Shown piece by piece: positions 14,378-26,581 of a DNA stretch of 64,000 nt. The position numbers and the translations under genes are program-made. This DNA is from Balanoglossus misakiensis (taxonomy: Eukaryota; Animalia; Hemichordata): contig CM082586.2 in the NCBI GenBank assembly GCA_040954595.2, forward strand, positions 1,493,124-1,557,123, written 5' to 3'. Numbering within the stretch: the first letter of the stretch is position 1; each line of letters starts with the position of its first letter. The notes under the pieces were generated by a model, which saw only the letters and a program-made list of their open reading frames with translations, made no database searches and was not told where the DNA came from.

Positions 14378-14565
14378 GTTTCCCTGCAAAAATCAAAGAG
14401 CGTGTGTTTTCTACAAACATTCGACATCTAAAACGTCTAAAGGTTCACTTGAACATTTTCAGTAACTGAAACACTGAACACGAAAAGCAAAGACCATATC
14501 TGGAACAAACATACCTTCAAGAGCGACTGATTCAGGGGAAATCTCGACAAGACCAGAGGTTCCAA

Positions 14566-14640
14566 GCTGTGTCTGAAACAACTATCACTTCCACCGACGG
14601 TTATAAACGGTTTTGAAAGCGAAATTATTCCACTTCATTA
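14566..14640 (-). promoter_or_regulatory. TATA/Inr core promoter of peptide gene A
   Basis: Minus-strand TTTATAA, then TTTCAG Inr-like about 25-30 nt downstream. CACTTCATT (14631-14639) is shared with the gene B promoter. Confidence 0.65.
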
Positions 14641-15884
14641 GTTGTTCTGGTTGAAGCCTCCTAGGATTATTGCTCAATTGCTGAAGACTATGCTTATTCG
14701 CGTTAAAAAAACTTAATAGAAGAAATGAATTATCCTGTTTTCCGGACTAGATGGGTCACCGTAGCAACCTATGTAAAGCAAGGACCTCGAACTTACTTGT
14801 CGCTAACACGGTAGACCATACCAATAACATATGTTAGGGATTTTTGCTAAAAGTAGCGCGTATGTGATAATTGACTTGTTTTTCTTCGAATCGAATTCTC
14901 TGAACAAGCATAACTCTAAAATGTTTCTTTCCAGAAAAAACAACAACGGCGAGCCAGGCTGTTTCTGAAATCACTATAGACTGTCGATTATAAACGGTGT
15001 GTCGAAACACCATCCCTCTTTTTATAAGCCTCCCCTTTAAAAGTTGTAAATAAAAACTTTATTTATTGGGAAAATTAGCAACAGAAGAAGTGAGTTGTCC
15101 TGATTTCCGAAATTAGAGATGTGTTGTCTTAGCAACCAAAAAGAAATTGCCATCAGTCACGTGTAATATGTTAGAATTCCTTGTTCATGAAATTGTTTTA
15201 TGCGCATAATATTTTTTTCCTATCCCCCTCTCGGTGAAAGTTTCGTTCAAGAGAGTTACCCCCCGGGTATTTCCCATCCCGGCATCTGATACCGTTTCGA
15301 TAGTGCCACGTTTAGAGATAGGGCCGGGTGAGTAAGGTGTCCAGGGGGTTACTGCCCTATACTGCCGTACGCAGAACTGGAGCAGGAGTCACAACCACAT
15401 ATTCACGCAGTGAATGATGGAAATACCCCCCCCCCCCCTCTCAGAATAAATTGTGTTCGTAGCTAATTTTAATTTTTCTCTTTTGAATAAGATCTCCGTA
15501 CGTTTCCCAAGCCTGGAGGCATTTCATTTCGTCGTTGAAGACGGTGATATGTAAAGTTATGATGAACTGTAGCCTAATTTACATCCACACACAGATACAC
15601 AGAGATATAGCAGTAATCTGGACATTTATTGTACATGTTGATAACACCATTCAGTTTTTATACAGTGCAAGAATACACAAGTCAAATGCTATAGTATACA
15701 CACAGTATGCGAGTTGTCATAAATTGATAGTTTGTACACCATACAAAATGAAAATCACCAGAAAAGAATAATTTGAGTCATAAGTTCCCCTGCATAAGCT
15801 TGCAGACAACAACCGAGTGTCTGATTATATTAACTAACAGTAAATCCGCGCCTGTAATGCGTAAGCTGGTCTTCTTTGCGATCA

Positions 15885-16301
15885 CTACTTGTCATCTTGC
15901 ATGTCACCTTCGTATCCCTGATGCGTGTCATCCCGTTGACGATTCTCGATTTCCGGAGATCGCCGAAGTGGCATTATGTCCTCTCGGTATTCGGCGTTTT
16001 TCGGATTCGGGCCGCCTTTCCAGTGTTTGGGTCGAAAATTCTGTGGGCATAAAACATTACTTGTCCGTTATTTTAGCAACCGTTTGCGATCTGCGCGTTA
16101 ACCCGAAATATGGCGCAACATTTACAAAGTGGACATCATTTTTGTTGTCTTCGGATCTTAATCAAAAGATCAAAATCTTAATAAAATAGCTCGAAGGTGA
16201 TAAGAATTATATACAGTGCTCACATTCGACGCTATCGTTCCCTGAAGTTCCGCCAGAATGCAAAAGACGAGGACCAAACCCACGAAAATTCTCTTGTCCA
16301 T
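15885..16301 (-). CDS. Small secreted peptide precursor B (77 aa), paralogue of A
   Basis: Coding exons 16301-16224 (MDKRIFVGLVLVFCILAELQGTIASN, donor GTGAGC) and 16040-15885 (NFRPKHWKGGPNPKNAEYREDIMPLRRSPEIENRQRDDTHQGYEGDMQDDK*). Non-coding exon 1 ends at 16499; TATA at 16576-16582; AATAAA near 15625. Confidence 0.85.
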
Positions 16302-16549
16302 GGCGCGTCGATACCTGAAAAAAAACAAAAAGAAAAAATCAGATCATTGCATAAAAACTATGACACTATTCCACGAAGATGCACAAAATTCCAAGAAATG
16401 TTTCCATTAATGCATCAATGTCTGTTTATGGTAGACATATCTGAAGGCTTCCATCTCAACACATAACATTTGGCAACGAGAGAACACACAACGTTTACCT
16501 TTTGATTCGGTGATGATATTCAGGAGAAACAGCAAGCTACAGGTGCGTT

Positions 16550-16615
16550 GACTGCTGAAATCACCGTCCTTCCAGTTATAAAGGAGTTCATATCTGAATT
16601 TTTCACTTCATTTGC
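16550..16615 (-). promoter_or_regulatory. TATA/Inr core promoter of peptide gene B
   Basis: Minus-strand TTTATAA (16576-16582), TTTCAG Inr-like, and CACTTCATT (16604-16612) at nearly the same spacing as in gene A. Confidence 0.65.
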
Positions 16616-17307
16616 TAATCATGATTAGTTCCTTGTCGAAAAAAAATCAAGTCACCGGAGAAAAATAACGCCACTGTTGTGTGCAAATTCGTCAGAAAAG
16701 AAATCAAGTGTAAAGATTTTTGAACTAAACTCTGCGTTTCCTCAGTACCCTATATGTGTCGGAAAAGTAAAGTATCACGATGGTGTGAGCCAAAATCGAT
16801 GGAAAACTTTTTTATTAGCTTTGAATGTCAAGGTTGTTTTGTCAGCCACATGCGAGCAATGCACAAGCGCTCCCTATAGTTATATATTTTTGACATTTCT
16901 GTGAACAAAACGTGATGTGAAATACGTAGCCATCAATCTCCCTCTGTTGTCATGGGAACAGGTACCACTTAATTACAATTATTGAACGGTTCATTTTTTC
17001 TCCGTCAATTTGCAGGCATGAGTGAATATCCCAGTGTCATAGTCCGTATCCGCGGAGTTACAATGTGAGAATTAATATGATGTACGAGTAAACTTATAGG
17101 CCTACACGCAGTAATGAAAGTCTCAGGAGTTTGATGTTTCAACATGATGATACAAACATCACAGTGCCCCATCAATCAACAGCGCGGGGGGTCTTATCAC
17201 ATTTCGATGCGAGTTAATCAGCTTGAATTGCAAATGAACACTGGTGGAAATAAACCCAGCAAAAATCACTCAGACAGAAAAGATACATCTGTCACTTCAA
17301 CCCACTT

Positions 17308-17388
17308 GAAACAGGCCAATCTACGCATCTATAGTCCTACTCTTGAAGTCTTCTCTGACAATCTTGAGAAGCTACGTGCACTCATCGA
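17308..17388 (+). pseudogene. Isolated 81-nt fragment homologous to coding exon 4 of the downstream GDAP1-like gene
   Basis: Ungapped match to 20086-20166, 65/81 nt by hand count. KQANLRIYSPTLEVFSDNLEKLRALI versus KEENLPIYNPTLQAFKDNLEQLRSLI. No matching splice sites. Confidence 0.8.
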
Positions 17389-17641
17389 AAAGCTAAAAGG
17401 CCCACGTTTCTTGACGTGGGTATTTCTATAAAAGTAAACGAAGGACCTTTTGTGGAACTGTTTATTGAAGAATAAAAGGGAAGCAAACGGTCATCTGTGC
17501 ATAACACATGCCCATTTAAAGGTAGTCTCAAATGTCTAAAATGTATATACATGTACAAGGGAACCAAATTCCAATCGAAGCTTATATTCGGTAAGCGTGG
17601 TCATGCGCATGCCCAGTTAAATGTGCCATCGGGACCTCAAA

Positions 17642-17684
17642 GCCAAACCATAGACAGTAGACAGTCTACTGTCTATGGCCAAAC
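17642..17684. mobile_element. 29-bp palindromic DNA-transposon remnant/footprint with 7-bp target-site duplication
   Basis: GCCAAAC-[CATAGACAGTAGAC A GTCTACTGTCTATG]-GCCAAAC: perfect 14-bp inverted arms flanked by a perfect 7-bp direct repeat. Confidence 0.75.
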
Positions 17685-18651
17685 TGACCTTCACCTAACA
17701 GTGACACCATAGTTTTGTCGTTACTCTATTGTAAGATAACAATGTACTTGCGCCTGTAGGAGACTCAGACATCTCAACACGTAGATGGCACACAATTGTC
17801 AACGTTTGCCTTTGTCGATTATTGCAAGATTCAAAATTAGAAATTCAATATACTGTGGCTGCTGTCGTTTCGCTCGACCTTTTCGACGACACACTTGCAC
17901 ACAACAACATTCCATGGCTTTCTTATACTTTGCATATCTGTATTCAACACCTGTCTGCTCCAAGAGAACGAATACACGTGTGCATTTGGGGCCCCTCCAA
18001 TTGAGTAGTCACGCTGTCTAGTTTTCTGTACCTGTATGCCGTTATTGTTGTTTCTATAGGACTAGAAATGGATGACCAGTGTCTCTAGTGACTCGAAGTG
18101 ACTTTCTTGCATCAGGGGGTGGTGAACTGTTTCGCTGTACGTGTATGATCGCTCATGTGTAACTCTCTCTTTGCATGAGTCTCTACTTCTTATGGCAAAA
18201 TTTACATAGGTGACATCGCTGGGCAGAGTAGATCACATCTACAGGGTGTAACCGGTTCAACAAGGCACGGATTTGAGAAACTGATTAACCGTCAGACCAG
18301 GTAAGCAATAAATGTTTTGCTGTTTCTTGCATGTGTATATAGATAACCGTACACACTTTTTTGACTTGTGCATATGAAAGTTACCCTTGCATGTACATCT
18401 AATTAGGAAATGTGTTGGGGTACAATCGTACTTGACCCCTACTTCCTTCTGAAGCTCGTATTGATGAACAATAACTTTCTCTGAAAAATATTGAGATATT
18501 TATGCGCTTTAGAAGTGCCCCGTTCACTTTCCTCGATGGTCTAATAATGTATTCCCCACCTGGGACTTGTTCACTAAGGTAACGTAATATTCATTCTACT
18601 TTGGCTTTGTAGACCTCCGCTTGCTGGAATTGACTTTTGATTGAACAGACG

Positions 18652-20665
18652 ATGTCCTCCATTGCTGAAACCCTAACGTTATATCATGCCCCCATCGGGT
18701 ACTATGGATACAGGGTAGGTCTTAGATTAGCCATATGTCTTGCGGCTCAATTATGCCGTAGTAAATTAAATTAATTTCAGCCAAATATGTCGCGAGTTAT
18801 AATAGCAAACTAATCCGTTTAGAACACATATTCTAATGTACGTCGGAACAGGTAGACAAGGCCGAGGTGTGGCAGACAACAGGCGTTATGGTCGATTCAC
18901 CACCTGAGGGCGTAATATTTATCGGACAATACCTGCAATGCTGCTAATACTTACAATTATCTATACAGACCCAGCAGGGAACATTAACCAATGCTGTCTT
19001 TGTATACTGTACTTCACAATTCATTTTAATTGCGAAATCTTATTACCTACTAAACCATGATACTACTATTACACTAATAATAATGGAACAAATTTTGTCT
19101 ATATCTGGTAGGTACTGATCGCCCTTGAAGAGAAACAGCTCGCTCATGTAACACAGAATGTAGCTATCATAGATGGAGAAACCATGGAACCTTGGTTTAT
19201 GAAAATAAATCCGCGAGGGCAACTGCCAGCCATGGTACACGGCAGTAAAAATATTCCAGGCTCCCAGGAGATTATGGAGTATTTGGAATCGGCTTTTCCA
19301 GATGGTATGGAATTACTATTTTATGTATCAAAGCCTACTTGTGATATTTCCATCATCATCATCAGCATCATCATTTCAAACATTCTCCTTTTACGTACCC
19401 ACACATTTGACTAAGAACCACTTTTCTCTCTGATGCAGCACCAGTTAAACTGTACCCAGAAGCTGGTTCGACCGAGATGCAGCGACTGAAGAAATTCCTT
19501 ACTGCTGATGACAAGTTTGCAATCGCAGTATTTGTTTGCGGTAGCTATAACTTTCCAGAACACGTGCCTAGATTTGGCATATGTGATCGAAGTGTCTGCA
19601 AGTTGATTCAATATGGTAAGTACATGCAAGTTGGGCAAAGATGGGATCGCCCGTATGATGGAAGCCGTTGTATCAATCTAAAATATTGTGTATAACCCGA
19701 AAACCTGAAAGTGTGTTCACAGTTCTTTGGTCATACGACGCAATCCACTTAAAATCAGAGACTTCACCATCTACATTTTATTGTCTTGATAAAATCACCA
19801 AAACAGAATACTTGGTATTGTGCAATGCTATGAGGGGTGGGACTTGTAATTGCATTGGAAACATAGAATATAAATACCAAAGAATATCCCTCTTTAATGA
19901 TGCAAGCCCACAAGAAGTCATGGGTACAGTTAATGCCCATATGTAAACACCAGTGTATACACGCATACCCAGGGATAGGTGTCAATGGCATATGTATAAA
20001 ACTTTGCAGCTGGGTTCGAAAGCATTCCCAAGAAGGCCAGAGAGTTCGGCAAGAAGTACCCGGATATGAAAGACATGTACGATAAGAAGGAGGAAAATCT
20101 CCCCATCTATAATCCTACTCTACAAGCCTTCAAGGACAATCTTGAGCAGCTGCGTTCACTCATCGATTATGCCGAAGCAGAACTACAAGAAACCGCGAAA
20201 AGTGGTAAGCAGTTTATACTGCACAAATAACGTTGTTGGTTACATGTTCCTACTGTGACTTAGGGTGTGCATATGTTACAATTTCAGAAACTACAAATAG
20301 TAAAACTAACATCTTGCAGTGGTGACGGCTACTGTCCGTGGTTGTATGATTCTCACAAGAAGACGTTACCAATGTAACGATGACGACAGCCATGGTACCT
20401 ACTTTTCCTTGTAGGTGGAGCATACTTCATTGGAGATTCGCTGACAGCTGGGGATATTTGCCTAGCTGTACTGCTGAAAAAGATTGGTATAGTGGGGTAC
20501 AGTTCCTTCTGGCAAAATGGTCAATATCCTTTACTTGAGGCCTATTGGAAAAGGATTCAAGAGAGACCATCTTTCAAGAAGGTCTTTGATGTGTATGAAG
20601 AGGATATCAACGCTATACGACGTTTCATCAGTGAACAGGAGTCGTCCACACCAGACCGAAAGTAA
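18652..20665 (+). CDS. GDAP1-like glutathione S-transferase-fold protein, 5 coding exons
   Basis: Exons 18652-18714, 19112-19304, 19439-19615, 20010-20204, 20415-20665 splice in frame. LTLYH..RVLIALEEK..MEPWFMKINPRGQLP..GSQEIMEYLE resembles the GDAP1 N-domain (EPWFMRLN). GST C-domain N-cap YFIGDSLTAGDI. Upstream non-coding exon 18210-18300. Confidence 0.88.
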
Positions 20666-21130
20666 TACAAGTAGCCCGATGAGTAGTCCCATTTATGCTA
20701 CCCATGCAGGCAAGCGATGAAATTCAAGATGGCGGATTTCGGCCATGTTTAATCAATTGGGTTTGAGAAGCTGAATTAGTATGTATATACCAGAAAAAAT
20801 AACCAAATTGTAAAATTAGCTAAAATGTCCGTTAACCAGTACAGTCACACGCCACGCTATGTGTGTAATAACCGAGTTTATTTTATACCACAATGACCAA
20901 AAAATTATACAACAACCACCATGACTGCAGGCAAGGATTGTATCATTCTAAAAGCAATGAAAATCTAGTTTTTTCAGTATTATCAAGATCAGTGTAATGC
21001 CTTATTTGTATACCCTCCACTGACTAAGCAAATGAGGTTAAGAACCATGAATTCTTGTGTCTCTATGGTTCCATTCGGAAATTTTCTTCCTTGCAAGGTT
21101 GACTGGTTTAACTATTACCATTTTCGCTAA

Positions 21131-24100
21131 CTACGGCGATGCTGTCAACAGGGCAAAAAGTCGATCGGTCAGTGGAGAGTTTTTCCCTTGCGCCTTCCTC
21201 TCTTGTAGTAAGCTCCTATAGCGAGAGAGAAAAGACAGAGTATATGTAATATTTTTGCCGCTCCTCCTTTTCACTTTCCTTGCTTCTGTATTGTAAAATT
21301 GAACTTGTGTAAACATATGTTCAAAAGGGCAATCAAATGAATGAATGAATGAATGAATGTTATACCTCGCGAACAGTCGGTTCCGCTGATCACCTGACTT
21401 TAATGCTGCGTGTATGATGACCAGATTGAAGACGTCTCGCTGTTGCATAATGGAAGAAAGTGAAATGTGTTAGAAGGACACTTTGATGCATACTTCGCGG
21501 TCTTGTTTCACATGTGTAGATGTTGTGAATAAGCACATCTTGAGGTGACGTCACAGTTAGACCTACCTGAGAAGCGCTGCCACCAATGTCTACAATCTTA
21601 TATCGAATCGGGCTCATGATGTCCACCGCCTTGCCATAATCGCCATTGTCAAAGGCCTGAAAAGCTTCGCAAAGGGCCACTCCAACACGTTTGTAGACCT
21701 GCGCATTTGCATCTGTGTCGTCTGCTTCCCTGTAGTGTGAAGAGATAGAATAGTGTTCAGTGATTTTTAGTGAGATGTTTTTACGGTATGGGATAGGCAT
21801 GATTGTAACTATGAGACAACTGTACTTTCAGGGCATTATATGCAAATGGATAAACAAGTGTGATTATACTCTGAGTAGTGGAAATTGAAATGGACGAATA
21901 TAGTCACTGTGATTAGAACTGTTTTGGGGCTAATTTCGAGTAGTCAGGAAATCTATTTCTGTAGGTTTTCTTGGAGATAAGCGGGCGAGACAGGAACAAA
22001 CATCGCCTTCCCAGGAGGTTAAAAATAACCAGTTTCAAATTAGTGCAAACAAAAGCGGGCGGGTCATGAATGAACACCGCTCCCCTGGACCTAACCTGGA
22101 CAGGGTTCCAATTCCTAATTAGTGCCAGGATAAATGCGGTACAGACCTTACAAATGCTTTGATTGAATCCATGAAAAGAGTAACCACATCTTTCTGCTTA
22201 GCTCCCAGCGCTGCCATCAAGAGGTGGATGTCGTTAAACATGAAGGCGTGATCATAAAGGTGTGGAACCCAGTGTTCGTATAGTTTCTGCCATCTGTTGC
22301 CAACATCCACACCTGTCAAAAGATAGAATAGATCACTGAGTGGAAGCAGGTGTCTTCTTGCAAATCAAAAGGTGACCCGAATCTGAATAATGTTTTATTT
22401 CTCGAAATACCATTAAACGCAAACTGACCTTCCAGTTCCAAACGGTACAGGAATGATGAGGCATCAGTGCGATATGTTCTTTTGCCCTCACCCGCGCGCT
22501 CAGCTACCTTCTCATCGTAGAGAGTCATTGCTTTTTCAAATTCTCCCTGGAATTTCACAAACCAGGAAAAAATGCAAAGAAAAAGAAAGACACAGTCCAC
22601 TTTGTATTAGTAACACATTTGAGGGCACAAATTTGCATTATTGATATGCCACATAGTACAAGACCCATTGCCTGAATTCCGCACTTCCGGTCAGTAGATT
22701 TGCAATGAGTGTGAACTTTGGTATTCTCGGGCTATAGCATTACAAAATCAAAGCGACAAACCGTTCGGCTGAATTGAATGCAACGAATATTGTAATTTAT
22801 GCTCTATACCACAGAAATGGCGAGCATTATGTTGGATAACAAAAGTTACATTTGCTAAACATGGCGAATATCCGCCATCTTGAATTTGTGTCGACGTTAT
22901 GAGATTTTCTTGACTCACCTAGGGAGTAAAACTCTATTTAGGTTAAGGTAGTAAGAATTGCATATAAAGTGCTTAAAATTTACCTTTTCGATCAATGAAG
23001 CTCCCAAATGCCAATAAATGTGGGAGGTCAAGTAATTATTCTGAAGAAGAAGTAATAACACGTTCTAAGAATTTCACATGTCATGGTTACAAGGGTCGAA
23101 ACTCAATAACAGTTTTTTACAGTTGCAGAGACAGGACGCAGATTTCAATCAGATCAGTGGCTTTCATGATATTACTTGTTTGAGAAGAGTGTATTTACCT
23201 GAATGTCTCCCTCTTTCTTCAACAAGAAAGACACAGCATCATTGTAACAACCACGCGCTTCCAATACGTGGGACATCGCGTGTACTCCACGGCAATCCTT
23301 TGGATTCAGTTCTAATGCCTGATTGAAAGAAGAAAACCAACTATCAAATATTGTGGTGTACACTAAAATTGGCTTGATCAGACTCGATATGTCCTGTAAC
23401 AACATAGACAAGTCCTCAAAAAATTAATTTGGAACCTTAGGAAAGTAATCGATATACGGGAAGACGTACTTCTTCTGTTATGGTTTTAGCTTCATCAAGC
23501 AAATTTATCTCCAGAAGACCAATTGCATAATAACCCTTCAGCACGCTAAAATTAAATAATAAAAGCATTCATCATAAATATGGTTTTTGTATTAACAATG
23601 CCGTTCCATTGGTTCATTTGAATATGTATGTATATCTGTATGTATGTTACATCTGTATTCTTTGCAGTCATTAATTGGTCGCTAGCTTATTCATGTGAAC
23701 ACCTTAATTTCCAGTGATGATAGAACTTACCTTCTATTTGTTGATCTAAATTATATGCAAACCACCTGGACGTTTCATTTGACCAATGAACATAAGCTAA
23801 TGTGGCACCATAATGAAGATTGCTTATGCAAAGGACCCATGCATAAATTAAGTCAGTTCACCTCTGCAGCCAGACCGGCCACACGTATGAACTGACGATG
23901 TCTCTGTTCAATTTCAGGTAAGTTTTCCTTGTACTGTTGCTTACAGCTTTGTATTTTTGGTGCATTCTACTGACTTGCCTATGTCTTGTGAAGCCGTTAA
24001 ACCGTTTAGTGTATTTGTGTTTGGTTAACGGCGACAATTGTGACAAATATCAAACCGTTACCTGTACATCCGAGGTGATGTCGACGATTCCCAATATGGA

Positions 24101-25189
24101 AGAACTCTGGCCACACAGTCTGTGTACTCTTGCATTCGACCGAAATTGAAGTATGTCATGGCAGCTCCTTGAAGTGCCATAACATCCGTGGGAAAATACA
24201 GCAAAATTTCTTCCCACTTCTCGCAGGCGCTTGTTGAGTTCCTGGAGACATGAGACGATATAAGAGGACGGATAAGAGTACACTGTGTACATTGTAAGCA
24301 GAAATGCGATGTAACACCTGGAATCTGAAGACATCAAAAATGTCTCCATATTTGTTCATTGAACTTACCCATCAGACCAGAGTTTAACAGCATCAACGTG
24401 GAGTCTTTCAAGCGGTGTTATTTCTTGATGTTCAGCCATTTCTACCATTCTGGCAATTCTTGTTTTCAACTCATTATTGCCCCGGACACTTGTACTGCCG
24501 TCCAGTATTGCAATCATATTCTTGAATGCATGACCAAGAACTATATATGGATGTAAGGCAGATCATAAGTCTTCCACTAACTAAATAATGTAACTATTTT
24601 CGTGTGGCCACCATTGTGGAAATCTGACAGTACACCATAAAACTAGATGACCGTATACGTAAATATTTGAATGACTTGACACCTGACACAAAATGCAAAA
24701 ATGTTAAACATGTTTATTTAAAAATTCAAATTTTATGCATGGTGCATCCATTATTTGTAAACAACTGCCAATCAAAAGTTTATTACCAAACTTCGGATCT
24801 GCTGCAAACATTTTCTCAAGACAAGGTCCCAAACCACCAATGCTGTCGTCACTATAACCAGTCATATACTGTGAAGAAATAATTAATACAATTACGTCAT
24901 GAACCCTAAAAGGATGTTTACAGCTTATCTTCTGCTTTCCTGGTGCTGAACTTTCAGGGGAGTTTGAAGTTGACCAAAATTGCTTTTGAAAATACAACTG
25001 ATAATTACCTGACTCAGTGCAGCATCGTACATCTTGGCGGCCTCGTCGCTCGTCGTCGACAAAGGAAACCCGACCCTCTTCCATTCCTGGAGGCGAAAAA
25101 GCGAAATCATAAAAAATGACTTTTTCTGACCTTATGAAATGGTTATTTCGAGAAAGGATAAAACTAACCTTGCTGTCCTTGTAGCCCAT
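21131..25189 (-). CDS. TTC38: TTC38-like protein, divergent copy 1 (13 coding exons)
   Basis: Exons colinear with the other two copies: MGYKDSK|EWKRVGFPLSTTSDEAAKMYDA.., HAMSHVLE, HIYWH, DASSFLYRLELEG, FMFNDIH, IGGSASQRDVFN, SPLTDRL. No stop or frameshift found. Confidence 0.9.
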
Positions 25190-26581
25190 ATTTTCAGAGA
25201 GGAAAACGAACTCGGCAACGTCCTTTCGATCCGCCGATCTTAAAACAAATTTTCAGGCTGTTCGTTCTGTGACTGCAGGAAGACTGGGCGCTAGACGTGT
25301 GCATCTAATACGCAGCTTCAACCCGTGCATCACGTTTTAAGTTACTCGCATTTCCCATAATTCTTTGTACCGTAACCGATTCCGACCTCGGTTTAAGCGA
25401 GCAAGCCAATATTCATTAAGTACCAATCAGCCATACCACTTGTACAATACAAACACGCGCTCATCTATTTTGGAATAAGCTCATTAAATTTTTGCTGACT
25501 CATTTTGCTCTTTGTTAAGGATATAGAAATAAACATTTTGGAGTAATTTTGCAAAAACATGACCATTTCATATTTTTTCTGCTTTGTCTATTAACTCATC
25601 CGAAAGACACCCGATCTTATAGGTGATTAAATCAGATTGTACACGGAGGAAACTATAACTGGAAGCAAAGAATCGCTTGACCAATAGATCTTCCACATTC
25701 AGAACGTTTTACTTGCCCATCATCAACTGTATTCTTATTCTAACAAGTACTGTAAACTATTCATCTGGAACCGAAATAGTATCTTATTAATATCCGATTT
25801 TACCAAGCGGTTCGCCAGTTTTCTCTGTGTATTTATGTCTCTAATGTACCAGTTCTTTTACGTTATTATCTGTTTCTAATATTGAGCACAGTGCAGTGTT
25901 ATTATTAGGCAGATCCTGTCGTCCTATATTCCTCATATCCCACATGAATCGTCCCTTATGTCTAGCTGAGGTACACGGTAACATATTCTTAAATTTATTT
26001 GAGGATAATATTAAAACTAATACTTGATAATCAATGTCTTCAATGACAGTCTTTGTTCGCCAACTGCATTTGAAAGTAGCCGGTCTGTCATTTTTCTAAG
26101 AGGTGTGCGAGTGTCAGACATTTCAATATAGCAAAGACCTGAATGGTTCTTGGGAATAGAATAGAATTCCGGATATCTGTCGGGAGATTATACGGTTTTT
26201 GAATTGGGCCTTGCTACTGTAGTATCATACCTGTATAACCGTTGAGGGCACTCTTACAAACAAGTGACATCAGCATGTGACGGGCAGACGGAGGGGCGGA
26301 AACATATCGGCTATTTGTCATCTTTGCTGGGGGCGTTGACAGATTCGAAGCTCGGTACCAACTTATGAACTTTGTATGGTAGGCCTGTCTGATATAACAG
26401 TGAGGCCTGGGACATTCGTGCAAGAAACGACCTTGTCGTGATCACCGCAAAATCGATATTCACAGCGACACTATTAACCCCACCTATATAGACAGTGTTT
26501 AAAATCACCCACAATTTTTGTGCAATTCACTGCTCATAGGTCTAGCATATACTGTGTCAGCGACGCCACGACTAACACACG

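Noticed and set aside
20524-20532. ATATCCTTT, a perfect AT-AC U12 donor consensus
   Set aside because: Falls inside the GST last exon, where the frame and GDAP1-like homology (YPLLEAYWKRIQERPSFKK) continue without interruption.
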